Counted from the stretch's first letter, positions 1 to 7,295 are shown. The stretch: 20,000 nucleotides of DNA from an uncultured virus (IMG/VR IMGVR_UViG_3300042375_000779) (IMGVR_UViG_3300042375_000779); one strand, 5' to 3'. Notes: generated from the letters alone by a model not told the origin. Made by a program: numbers and translations.

Positions 1-297
1 AGGATTTATTGACGCCGCGAACGTATGTCCCCATTGACCATTCATAGATGATTTATTGTAACCTAAATTAAGAGTGGTTGACACTTGCTTTCCTATTATA
101 CCAACTGAAAGGTTTGATGATGATAGAACATCTTTTGAAAAATTAACATACGATTGTAATATACCCACATCGTTCCAATCATCACTTTCTCCAAACAATT
201 CTTTTGGTGATAATTGTAACGTATCAGGTTTTACAATTTGTGCGTTTGTAACAAATGTTGTTGAAATTAGTAACAGAATTATTATTAGTATTTTCAT
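1..297 (-). CDS. Secreted/outer-membrane protein; N-terminal part only, gene runs off the window
   Basis: ATG at 297-295 overlaps the TAA of the 763-aa gene (TAATG). Reads MKILIIILLLISTTFVTNA|QIVKPDTLQLSPKELFGESDDWNDVG... with no stop before base 1. Sec signal peptide with Gln at +1; beta-strand-like pattern (STTLNLGYNKS...WGHTFAASIN). Not in the supplied ORF track. Confidence 0.75.
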   Translation of the reverse strand, partial: MKILIIILLLISTTFVTNAQIVKPDTLQLSPKELFGESDDWNDVGILQSYVNFSKDVLSSSNLSVGIIGKQVSTTLNLGYNKSSMNGQWGHTFAASINP

Positions 298-2588
298 TAG
301 TTTACTTTTACTTTTAATTGTGTTCCATTTTTATTAACTGCATCAGTTGTTGATATTGAAGTCAACCCTAATATTCCAGTTAATCCAATTTTTGGTACAA
401 ATGTTATTTTATATTCTGTTGTTTTATCTAATGTATTTGAACCATCGGTTATTAATGAACCCAACGTTATATATGAACCTCTATCGGTTCCAAAATTGGT
501 TGGGTTACCTTTAGTTGTAAATTCTATCTTTTCTAACTTTAATAACGTGTTATCATAATTCAAGTTGAATTGAGTACCAACCACCTCTTGTTGTAATGGG
601 TCTACTAATATTGTTACTATTAATTTACCTCCAATGTTTTCACCCATTAGATATGCGTTAATTTGATTAGAAACTGAATTAGTACTCAAACTCATAGTTC
701 TAATAGAATTACCTACAACACCGGTTGCACTTTGTTGTGCGGAATGAGATAGGTTTACATCACCTTTCCAAGTTACATTTACATTGTATGTATTATTAAG
801 TGTACCTGTGTTTAAACTAAACGGAAATAAACTTCTTGTTGAATTAAATTTTGTATTCCAATTAGATTTAGTAATTCCATCGTAATCTGATTTACTATAA
901 AGTTTCATCAAATATGTCAATGCTGAATATTCTGTAAGTGGTTGAACTCCTGTCAAATGTTGTAATAGTTTATATGTATCTCCTTCATTGAATATACCAT
1001 TACCATCTACATCCGCGTTCAAAAATTGAATACCATTTGTAAATTCATTTCCACTTTCATTTCCAAATAATCCACCATTAGCTAATTCCTTAAATGCTAA
1101 ATAAACATCTGTTACGGTTACAACACTACTATATAATGTGTTTAACTCACTTTGTGAGTTTGCAATTATATCAATTCCGTGTTGTTTATAACTTTGAATT
1201 GGTGAGAAAGTAAATTCTGCTCTTGTTCCGTACCAACCATCTTGTAATCTTAATTGTGCCTGAAATGTGGATGATGTTATCTTAGTTGTCAAATTACCGG
1301 GCATTATATAAGTTTTCCAAAACCCACTTACACTATGAATACTAACCGGTCCATCGTATATATCAAATAATTTAACTGATGTTATATCACTTGGAGATAC
1401 TCCTGTTCCATCAAATTCTCTTTCGTCTATTAACAATTGATGACCACCTAAATTTGCGTCATATGGATTTATTATTGCCCATTCAACTTGTCCTGCCGTT
1501 GTTGATGCTTTAGTACCAACACCACTTACTTTTGCGGTATCTAAATCATTTGTTAAATCAACTTTACCTAAACCACTTATAGCTCTTGATGTGTTAGTTG
1601 TTGTACTCCATAGATTATTTACATATCTGTTCGCCTTTGCTGAAAATTTAGTTTCATCCACATTACCACCAAAGTCAAAATTAAATTTAGCGGTTAATAC
1701 TTCACCATTTGAATGAGATACACTATTGGTATAAAATTCAGTAAATGTTGCATCATCGGGATTAGACCAAGTTCCATATTCAATTACATAAGGATTTGCA
1801 AAATGATTTGGTAAATCATTCCATTGTGAACCATTCCATTTGGTTACCGCGTAGTCCTCATTACCACTATCATTTGGTTCACCAGGTGCCCAGTTGTTGT
1901 ATTGACCAGAAATGTTACCATTTAATTGGCCATTGTTGATTTTAATTAAAGTTCCCTTTTCAGGTCCAGCATCTATTGTCCATCTTGCTTCACTTGCTTC
2001 ATCCGTTAATGCAAACCAGATATTTGATTGGGGTACATTTGCAAAAATAAATGCATCTTCATCTGCTGAAGTAATTGTTACCAAATATCCAGTTTGACCT
2101 TTGAATGTTGTTAATAGAGAAGCCGCTCTCGCCGCCGTATAAGTTGCACCGGTTGTTATTGGTCTATAAAAGTGTCCGTTTACACCATTGTAATAATATC
2201 CCGTTGGGTTTATAGTTGCTGCTACCGATAAAGCAATATTACCTCTTACTGAACCTGTATTTACTTTTAGGGATGTTAGTGCCGTATTGATACTTGCCAT
2301 TGTACCCGTTACCACCAAACGAGTTTTATTACCACTTAAAGTAAATCCACTTGCCGCTGTTAATCCGGTTGTAGTGTTTAATACAAATGTTGTCCCTGAT
2401 GGAGGATTAACTAAACTAATTGACGCTAACAGTGTGGCTGTTGAATTAAACCCACTTAAAACAAAACCACTAGCATCTTGTGCACTAGTGGATTGTAAAA
2501 AAGACTTAGAGTCTGGTGCAGAAACACTTTGCCCATTCGTTACAAACGAGCAAAGTGTTAGTAGTAATATTGTTATTATTTTTTTCAA
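297..2588 (-). CDS. Secreted multidomain protein: Ig/cadherin-like segment, C-type lectin, dockerin-like motif, C-terminal cohesin-like domain
   Basis: 763-aa ORF with signal peptide ..VTNG|Q. C-type lectin hallmarks NGHFY..GYLVTITS..WFAL..YNNWAPGEPND..EDY..WNDL. Dockerin-like NADVDGNGIFNEGDTYKLLQHL. Cohesin-like VVGTQFNLNYDNTLLKLEKI. Confidence 0.8.
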   Translation of the reverse strand: MKKIITILLLTLCSFVTNGQSVSAPDSKSFLQSTSAQDASGFVLSGFNSTATLLASISLVNPPSGTTFVLNTTTGLTAASGFTLSGNKTRLVVTGTMASINTALTSLKVNTGSVRGNIALSVAATINPTGYYYNGVNGHFYRPITTGATYTAARAASLLTTFKGQTGYLVTITSADEDAFIFANVPQSNIWFALTDEASEARWTIDAGPEKGTLIKINNGQLNGNISGQYNNWAPGEPNDSGNEDYAVTKWNGSQWNDLPNHFANPYVIEYGTWSNPDDATFTEFYTNSVSHSNGEVLTAKFNFDFGGNVDETKFSAKANRYVNNLWSTTTNTSRAISGLGKVDLTNDLDTAKVSGVGTKASTTAGQVEWAIINPYDANLGGHQLLIDEREFDGTGVSPSDITSVKLFDIYDGPVSIHSVSGFWKTYIMPGNLTTKITSSTFQAQLRLQDGWYGTRAEFTFSPIQSYKQHGIDIIANSQSELNTLYSSVVTVTDVYLAFKELANGGLFGNESGNEFTNGIQFLNADVDGNGIFNEGDTYKLLQHLTGVQPLTEYSALTYLMKLYSKSDYDGITKSNWNTKFNSTRSLFPFSLNTGTLNNTYNVNVTWKGDVNLSHSAQQSATGVVGNSIRTMSLSTNSVSNQINAYLMGENIGGKLIVTILVDPLQQEVVGTQFNLNYDNTLLKLEKIEFTTKGNPTNFGTDRGSYITLGSLITDGSNTLDKTTEYKITFVPKIGLTGILGLTSISTTDAVNKNGTQLKVKVN

Positions 2589-2590
2589 AA

Positions 2591-4258
2591 CTATTCAACT
2601 ATCAAGTTAATTTTATTACCCTTTGCGTCAACCGCGTCAGATAAAACAAAATAGAATAAACCTGCAGTATTACTTAATGTTGTTTTTGGTGTAAAAATTA
2701 ATTTATAAGGAATACCAACTTTTATTCTAGCTGTTTTTGTTTGGTCAATAGATCCAAATGTTAATCTACCATTATCGTGTGTTGTAAAGTTGGTAATAGT
2801 GCTACCCGCATCAAATTTTACTTCATCTAATGTTAATTTTGAATTATCATAATTCATAATAACTTGTAGACCAGCTAAATCTGATTTAGTTAATGTGGTT
2901 GTTAATACCACTTTACCATTTTCTAATGTAGATGTAACACTTAATTTGGCAGTTTCCAATGTTGGTGCTGTATATGACATAGTAGAATTTAAAGCCATTG
3001 TTCTATTCGTAGAACCAACGGAAGAACCAGGGTTTACTGAATTTGCGTAATTACCAGAAGATATTCTAGTTGCAATCTCAGTAGGTGAAGATGAATGTGA
3101 ATAATCCAAATCGCCACCCCAAGTATAAACCATATCCACAGCTTGTATTGGTGAGGTAACCGTTGTTTTATATGTTGGAGTACCATCTAACCAACTTTGG
3201 TTTAGTAACCCTGTCATCCATTTAAAATTAACCACTCCATTTACAGGTGCGGCGTTTGATGGAATCATTGCGTTCGCAGATACATCAACACCCATTACGT
3301 GAGAAAATAAATAATAAGAATCACTCTCACTAAAAGTTGTTTTGTTTTTAGTTATTAAACCAATTTTCTTTTCTAATATTGGATATGTAAAATAATTTGC
3401 GGTACCGCTAATATCTGTTTGTGAAATACCCAAAAACGCCTTATATGCGTCAGATACTGTTACGATATTATTCATAAATGTTTTTTGAGTTGCGGCATTT
3501 ACAAATACCGCAAATGAATCCCCAACCTTAACCTGGGTAGTGAATATCGCTTCACCACTTGCATCTAAAGATTTAGATGCGATTGATTGTGCGGTCCAGT
3601 TAACATCTCCTGTGGTTGTTAATGGTATTAACGAAACACTATGAGCCGTAATGTCATATCCACTTGGAAACAATACTCTTACTTTAAATTGCGACGTGTT
3701 TCCAATAACGTTAGTTAATGATACTAAACCTGTGGTTGTTGAAATTGGTGAAATGTTAGCACCAGTTGCATCGTATGAATAGGATAAATCTAATTTATGA
3801 ATATCGGTATACGCCCCCAAATCTTTAATTACATATTTTTGAGTTGCAATATCCCCATCAATAGATGAGTCCGTTCTTTGAACCGTTAATTGACCCACAT
3901 TCCAATCTGAATTTGCAACATATGACCAAGGGGAAGCCTGATATTGTTCATATAAACTAGTGGTTGGTTTAGTTGAATTTGGGGTAAACTTATAGTTACT
4001 CCAAGTAGTATAAAACGTTTGAACTGAACTACCTTGAGACCAAGTGGTACTAACGTAAGCCAATGCTTTATTATTAAATTGATATCTTAACCAAAAATAA
4101 CGAGGTGTTGTAGAACCCTTAGCGGTTGTATATTTTACCTGTATAGTGTCCCCAACTTTATATGTTGGTTTACTAACAATTGTTTGATTAATTGTTAATT
4201 GTGCAAATGACGAAAGGGATATTGTTAATATCCCAATAAGTGTTAATAGTTTTTTCAT
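2591..4258 (-). CDS. Secreted cohesin-domain protein, paralogous to the C-terminal half of the 763-aa protein
   Basis: 555-aa ORF with signal peptide ..SSFA|Q. N-terminal YKVGDTIQVKY..WLRYQFNNKALAY and C-terminal LAGLQVIMNYDNSKLTLDEV are cohesin-like. Shares VTVSDAYKAF/VTVTDVYLAF and WGGDLDYSHSS/WKGDVNLSHSA with its neighbour. Confidence 0.75.
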   Translation of the reverse strand: MKKLLTLIGILTISLSSFAQLTINQTIVSKPTYKVGDTIQVKYTTAKGSTTPRYFWLRYQFNNKALAYVSTTWSQGSSVQTFYTTWSNYKFTPNSTKPTTSLYEQYQASPWSYVANSDWNVGQLTVQRTDSSIDGDIATQKYVIKDLGAYTDIHKLDLSYSYDATGANISPISTTTGLVSLTNVIGNTSQFKVRVLFPSGYDITAHSVSLIPLTTTGDVNWTAQSIASKSLDASGEAIFTTQVKVGDSFAVFVNAATQKTFMNNIVTVSDAYKAFLGISQTDISGTANYFTYPILEKKIGLITKNKTTFSESDSYYLFSHVMGVDVSANAMIPSNAAPVNGVVNFKWMTGLLNQSWLDGTPTYKTTVTSPIQAVDMVYTWGGDLDYSHSSSPTEIATRISSGNYANSVNPGSSVGSTNRTMALNSTMSYTAPTLETAKLSVTSTLENGKVVLTTTLTKSDLAGLQVIMNYDNSKLTLDEVKFDAGSTITNFTTHDNGRLTFGSIDQTKTARIKVGIPYKLIFTPKTTLSNTAGLFYFVLSDAVDAKGNKINLIVE

Positions 4259-4260
4259 TA

Positions 4261-4905
4261 TTATTGTAAAATTTTAGTAACTAACTTATCGCAAGTCTTT
4301 TTAAGAGCATTGCTCAACGATGTTTGATTAAATTGACCACCTTCGTCCACAATAAGAGTTGACATTGAAATTTCAGATGAACTCTCCTCTACAATAATTT
4401 CTTTTTCTTTTTTACCATCCTTATAAAGGATACCTTTCATTCTGATAACAACCTCTTCTTCGTTTTTGTGAAAGACAGATATGTTTTTCTTAGTTGTTAA
4501 TACATCTAAGTAAACGATTTCAACCTTTAACTTGTTTGGTGCGCTTGGTGTTAAGTCGTAGTTTTTCTCCTGAAGGTATTCCTCCAACATATTCTTAACT
4601 CCAAACTCTAAATTCCTGTTACCAGCAAGTTTTCCGATTTTTACGTTATTAACAACACTTTCAACCCAGATGTGTTCATCTGCGTTATACATAATGTTAT
4701 TTGGATCATTTTTGAATGTTCCGTCGATTCTGTGCTCGACATTGTTTGCCCATCTACCAAGAATTTCCTCATTTCCCGAAACTTGTAAAATCACTGCGGT
4801 TACTTGGGTAAGTAAAGCCACAACGATAAACACCATTGCGAAAATCAAAAAACCTTGAATAAATCTGTCCCTAACGGCAAGGGTAATTGATCTAACTTTT
4901 TCCAT
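4261..4905 (-). CDS. Membrane-anchored protein with a possible CsgG/LptE/TolB-N-like alpha-beta domain
   Basis: 214-aa ORF with an N-terminal hydrophobic helix (GFLIFAMVFIVVALL). Then a helix (LEFGVKNMLEEYLQEK), beta strands and a terminal helix (LSNALKKTCDKLVTKIL). Fold assignment is inference. Confidence 0.6.
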   Translation of the reverse strand: MEKVRSITLAVRDRFIQGFLIFAMVFIVVALLTQVTAVILQVSGNEEILGRWANNVEHRIDGTFKNDPNNIMYNADEHIWVESVVNNVKIGKLAGNRNLEFGVKNMLEEYLQEKNYDLTPSAPNKLKVEIVYLDVLTTKKNISVFHKNEEEVVIRMKGILYKDGKKEKEIIVEESSSEISMSTLIVDEGGQFNQTSLSNALKKTCDKLVTKILQ

Positions 4906-5000
4906 TTGTTTTTAGTTTAGTTTGTACCCTAAAAACACAGTTAAACCATTATGTGAGGAGTAACTTATCTTTAAGAATACATTTATTTATTTTGTCCATT

Positions 5001-5008
5001 TATAAATA
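5001..5008 (-). promoter_or_regulatory. TATTTATA motif (candidate phage late promoter) upstream of the secreted-protein operon
   Basis: Same octamer lies on the sense strand upstream of five other gene starts (6981, 12031, 18223, 18506, 19535). This copy is about 96 nt from the ATG. Confidence 0.45.
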
Positions 5009-5063
5009 TCTAGATAATGACATACGTCATTAAAAAGTTATTTTTATTTTATTTTAACTTTTC

Positions 5064-5094
5064 TTGATTATATACGTATTTATTAGTATCTTTG
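5064..5094 (+). promoter_or_regulatory. Bacteroidota primary-sigma promoter for the leader and tRNA array
   Basis: TTG at 5064-5066, 20-nt spacer, TATCTTTG at 5087-5094; matches the -33/-7 TAnnTTTG consensus. Confidence 0.7.
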
Positions 5095-5121
5095 TAAAAG
5101 AAAAAGATAAAACTAAATTCA

Positions 5122-5217
5122 ATGAGACAATTAACACATACAATGTCATTTTCAAACCAACCTAATTGGAATGAGCTACCTATGTCCATATGTCTCGATG
5201 ATACTGATGTCGGTTAA
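5122..5217 (+). CDS. Putative leader peptide (31 aa, MRQLTHTMSFSNQPNWNELPMSICLDDTDVG)
   Basis: ATG 5122 to TAA 5217, between the promoter and a terminator. A-rich upstream region typical of Bacteroidota translation starts. Confidence 0.6.
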   Translation: MRQLTHTMSFSNQPNWNELPMSICLDDTDVG

Positions 5218-5240
5218 TTTAATTTAACTTAAAATATTAG

Positions 5241-5274
5241 AAAACCTCGGGACGTAAAAATCTCGAGGTTTTTT
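5241..5274 (+). terminator. Intrinsic terminator/attenuator in front of the tRNA array
   Basis: AAAACCTCGGGA (5241-5252) pairs with TCTCGAGGTTTT (5261-5272). T run 5269-5274 then GTTTT; first tRNA starts at 5280. Confidence 0.75.
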
Positions 5275-5279
5275 GTTTT

Positions 5280-5352
5280 AGAGTAGTTGACCAATAGGTA
5301 GGTCCCTTGCTTTGGGAGCAAGTGCGTGCAGGTTCGACCCCTGTCTACTCTA
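5280..5352 (+). tRNA. trnP: tRNA-Pro(TGG)
   Basis: Acceptor AGAGTAG/CTACTCT, D stem GACC/GGTC, anticodon arm CTTGC-TTTGGGA-GCAAG, T arm GCAGG-TTCGACC-CCTGT. Confidence 0.92.
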
Positions 5353-5357
5353 CAGTT

Positions 5358-5429
5358 GTTGATGTAGCTTAATGGTGAAGCTTTCGGCTGTTAACCGAAC
5401 GACTATAGGTTCGAGTCCTATCATCAACG
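5358..5429 (+). tRNA. trnN: tRNA-Asn(GTT)
   Basis: Acceptor GTTGATG/CATCAAC, anticodon arm TTCGG-CTGTTAA-CCGAA, T arm ATAGG-TTCGAGT-CCTAT, G73. Confidence 0.95.
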
Positions 5430-5436
5430 CGACAAT

Positions 5437-5516
5437 ACCCGAGTGGTGGAATGGTATACACAGCGGTCTTAGAAGCCGTGTCGAAAGACGTGTCGGTTCG
5501 AGTCCGACCTTGGGTA
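5437..5516 (+). tRNA. trnL: tRNA-Leu(TAG)
   Basis: Acceptor ACCCGAG/CTTGGGT, anticodon arm GCGGT-CTTAGAA-GCCGT, variable arm GTC-GAAA-GAC, T arm GTCGG-TTCGAGT-CCGAC. Confidence 0.95.
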
Positions 5517-5521
5517 CATAA

Positions 5522-5592
5522 TGTCCTTTGGTATAACGGTAGTACAGGTGTATTTGGCACATCTAGTTGAGGTTCGAATCCTTGAGGGACAA
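5522..5592 (+). tRNA. trnQ: tRNA-Gln(TTG)
   Basis: Acceptor TGTCCTT/AGGGACA, anticodon arm GGTGT-ATTTGGC-ACATC, T arm TGAGG-TTCGAAT-CCTTG. Confidence 0.92.
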
Positions 5593-5611
5593 CAAAAAGA
5601 TTTGAGATATT

Positions 5612-5642
5612 TTTGTATATTCGAAATTATTTCATATCTTTG
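5612..5642 (+). promoter_or_regulatory. Bacteroidota-type promoter upstream of tRNA-fMet
   Basis: TTTG 5612-5615, 19-nt spacer, TATCTTTG 5635-5642. Confidence 0.7.
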
Positions 5643-5654
5643 TATAACAAACAT

Positions 5655-5726
5655 CGCGAGATAGAGCAGCGGTAGCTCGGAAGGCTCATAACCTTTAGGT
5701 CGGGGGTTCGATTCCCTCTCTCGCAA
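5655..5726 (+). tRNA. trnM: tRNA-Met(CAT), initiator type
   Basis: Acceptor CGCGAGA/TCTCGCA with C1:A72 mismatch, anticodon arm GAAGG-CTCATAA-CCTTT, T arm GGGGG-TTCGATT-CCCTC. Confidence 0.92.
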
Positions 5727-5741
5727 CTAAAACTTTGGACT

Positions 5742-5861
5742 ATGGCTAGAACATCGAGAAGAGTGGCAAAAAGGGCTAGTAAAGCTTTAAGTAGTAAGAA
5801 ATCGAGTAGAACTACGAAAACTCTTGCTGGTTCGGCTTTAAGACAAAGGAGAAGAAAATAG
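5742..5861 (+). CDS. Small, highly basic protein (39 aa, MARTSRRVAKRASKALSSKKSSRTTKTLAGSALRQRRRK)
   Basis: ATG 5742 to TAG 5861. 15 K/R and no D/E. Shorter than any ORF in the supplied track. Confidence 0.6.
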   Translation: MARTSRRVAKRASKALSSKKSSRTTKTLAGSALRQRRRK

Positions 5862-5870
5862 TATATTGGT

Positions 5871-6224
5871 TGATTGGGATTTAACGGGGCTAGCAAATAA
5901 GCGAGAAACGCCAATCATAAAAACAGATGTCCACTCCCCCATCTTCTGTTTTCCAAAAAGATAATCAGGTGACGACGGTGGTGTGACCCCACTGTCTATA
6001 AATCCCAAAAAACTGTCTTGATTCGCGGTATCAGAGCGGTGAGGGTAGAGTTACTATAAGTCGGGAGTAATTACCCAATGACGAAAATGTAACCACAGAC
6101 ATAGGGATATGTTTGTTATGATGTACGAACGGGTGCGAAAAACCTGTAATTTTTTTGAGACTAACTCAACGAGGACTTTGTCAACCAGAGCAGTGACTCG
6201 GATGGTGCAATTTAAGTGAGTTAG
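5871..6224 (+). ncRNA. Series of unidentified stem-closed structured RNA modules between tRNAs
   Basis: TGATTGG/CCAATCA (5871-5917); AAAACAGA/TCTGTTTT (5920-5952); AATCAGG/CTTGATT enclosing GACGGTGG/CCACTGTC (5963-6023); GTTAC/GTAAC enclosing GTCGGG..CCC..GAC (~6051-6094); CTAACTCA/TGAGTTAG (6161-6224). GC-richer than ordinary spacers. Confidence 0.4.
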
Positions 6225-6234
6225 AATCAATTTT

Positions 6235-6308
6235 GGATTGGTAGTTCAGTTGGTTAGAATGCCTGCCTGTCACGCAGGAGGTCGCGAGTTCGAGTCTCGT
6301 CCAGTCCG
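6235..6308 (+). tRNA. trnD: tRNA-Asp(GTC)
   Basis: Acceptor GGATTGG/CCAGTCC, anticodon arm CCTGC-CTGTCAC-GCAGG, T arm GCGAG-TTCGAGT-CTCGT, G73. Confidence 0.96.
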
Positions 6309-6518
6309 CAATGAGTAAGAAGTACTCAGTAAGTTTGGTAACGTTCTTTCAAGATGTTATGGTTGTCTCCTACCACGGCCTTAAGAGGGGGTCTCGGAAT
6401 ATGGGGGTAACAATCCCACCGAGTATGTTTGACTTTTATGTGCGGGTAAGACCGTCTCGTGTTTTCAATACGAAAACAGAAGAAAAATCCACTCACTGGG
6501 ACTTCAGGTGGGACAATT

Positions 6519-6604
6519 GGAGAGATGGCAGAGTTGGTCTATCGCGTCGGTCTTGAAAACCGAAGTACTGAAAGGTACCGTGGGTTCGAATCCTACTCTC
6601 TCCG
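6519..6604 (+). tRNA. trnS: tRNA-Ser(TGA)
   Basis: Acceptor GGAGAGA/TCTCTCC, anticodon arm TCGGT-CTTGAAA-ACCGA, long variable arm GTACT-GAAA-GGTAC, T arm GTGGG-TTCGAAT-CCTAC. Confidence 0.96.
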
Positions 6605-6606
6605 CA

Positions 6607-6809
6607 AAGAATTAACTAAGATACTGTAAAACCAGTAGGTGGTGATTCCAGATTTATCTGTGAACCATTTAAACCCTGATAGCAATGTTAGTTCTTAATT
6701 AATCACAAATAAAAATGTGAGTTATAGTAAAGTAGCCAATTATAAACCAACATAAAGCTGTTGGATACAGACGGAGTAATTAACCAGAGTATAGTGCAAC
6801 AATTGTGAT
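6607..6809 (+). ncRNA. Two tRNA-sized, stem-closed multibranch RNA modules of unknown identity
   Basis: AAGAATTAAC/GTTAGTTCTT closes 6607-6696, with internal TACTG/CAGTA and GGTGGT..ACCATT stems. ATCACAA/TTGTGAT closes 6702-6809, with internal CCAACA/TGTTGG. Confidence 0.4.
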
Positions 6810-6841
6810 ATTATGACAAATACCCATTTGAGTGATTACTT

Positions 6842-6913
6842 GCTCAGTTCGACTAAGGGTTAGGTCACATCCCTTTCACGGATGTAATACGGGTTCGAAT
6901 CCCGTACTGAGTA
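6842..6913 (+). tRNA. trnE: tRNA-Glu(TTC)
   Basis: Acceptor GCTCAGT/ACTGAGT, anticodon arm CATCC-CTTTCAC-GGATG, T arm ACGGG-TTCGAAT-CCCGT. Confidence 0.95.
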
Positions 6914-6937
6914 CAATATTTTTTTTATGTTAAGATA

Positions 6938-6988
6938 TTGATTTTCAATATTTTATTTCGTATGTTTGTTATATTATTAATATTTATA
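6938..6988 (+). promoter_or_regulatory. Bacteroidota-type promoter followed by a TATTTATA motif
   Basis: TTG 6938-6940, TATGTTTG 6961-6968, TATTTATA 6981-6988, ATG 6993. Confidence 0.55.
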
Positions 6989-6992
6989 ATAT

Positions 6993-7295
6993 ATGATAGA
7001 TAAAATCACATTATCGTTAATGTTATTTTTTAATACATTAACATCATCTATCGATCCAAGCCTTTCCGATGAAAGAAAGTCAGTCAATCAAATAAAAAAA
7101 GAGATTAAATCTCTTGAAAGAAAGATTGAATGGGTTGAAGTAACAGATGAGAATTACGCTAGCAGGGCCGTCAAAACCAAAGGAATCACGGACGAGATTA
7201 CCAAATTAAATGGTAAAATTGTAAAGATTGAGAAGGTTGCAAATTTAAAAGATAAGTGGGCTAAGGAGGATTCCTTAACCAAATCAAAAAAATGA
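6993..7295 (+). CDS. Hypothetical protein with N-terminal hydrophobic segment and coiled coil
   Basis: 100-aa ORF with heptad-like IKKEIKSLERKIE and ITKLNGKIVKIEK; ATGA overlap with the next gene. Confidence 0.75.
   Translation: MIDKITLSLMLFFNTLTSSIDPSLSDERKSVNQIKKEIKSLERKIEWVEVTDENYASRAVKTKGITDEITKLNGKIVKIEKVANLKDKWAKEDSLTKSKK

Noticed and set aside
74..4858. Plus-strand ORFs 74-337, 1912-2097, 2287-2610 and 4670-4858
   Set aside because: Antisense shadows of long, coherent minus-strand genes.
4949..4999. 16-codon minus-strand uORF (MDKINKCILKDKLLLT) right after the TATTTATA motif
   Set aside because: Short ORFs of this size are expected by chance; no terminator or alternative structure found to support a regulatory role.
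5350..5914. Minus-strand ORFs 5350-5562, 5369-5560, 5469-5726 and 5627-5914
   Set aside because: Antisense to clear tRNA genes; typical tRNA shadow translations.
6051..6094. Hammerhead-like layout (stem followed by GAAA)
   Set aside because: The CUGANGA core is absent (CUAUAA instead) and the three-stem junction cannot be built.
6161..6224. Resemblance to a SAM-I riboswitch core (GAG..CAACC..GGTGC)
   Set aside because: P1 lacks the AUC/GAU SAM-contact pairs, P2 is too short, and there is no downstream gene or expression platform. Kept only as an unknown module.
6311..6556. 81-aa plus-strand ORF
   Set aside because: Runs into tRNA-Ser, starts 2 nt after tRNA-Asp, has an atypical composition, and the region looks like structured RNA.
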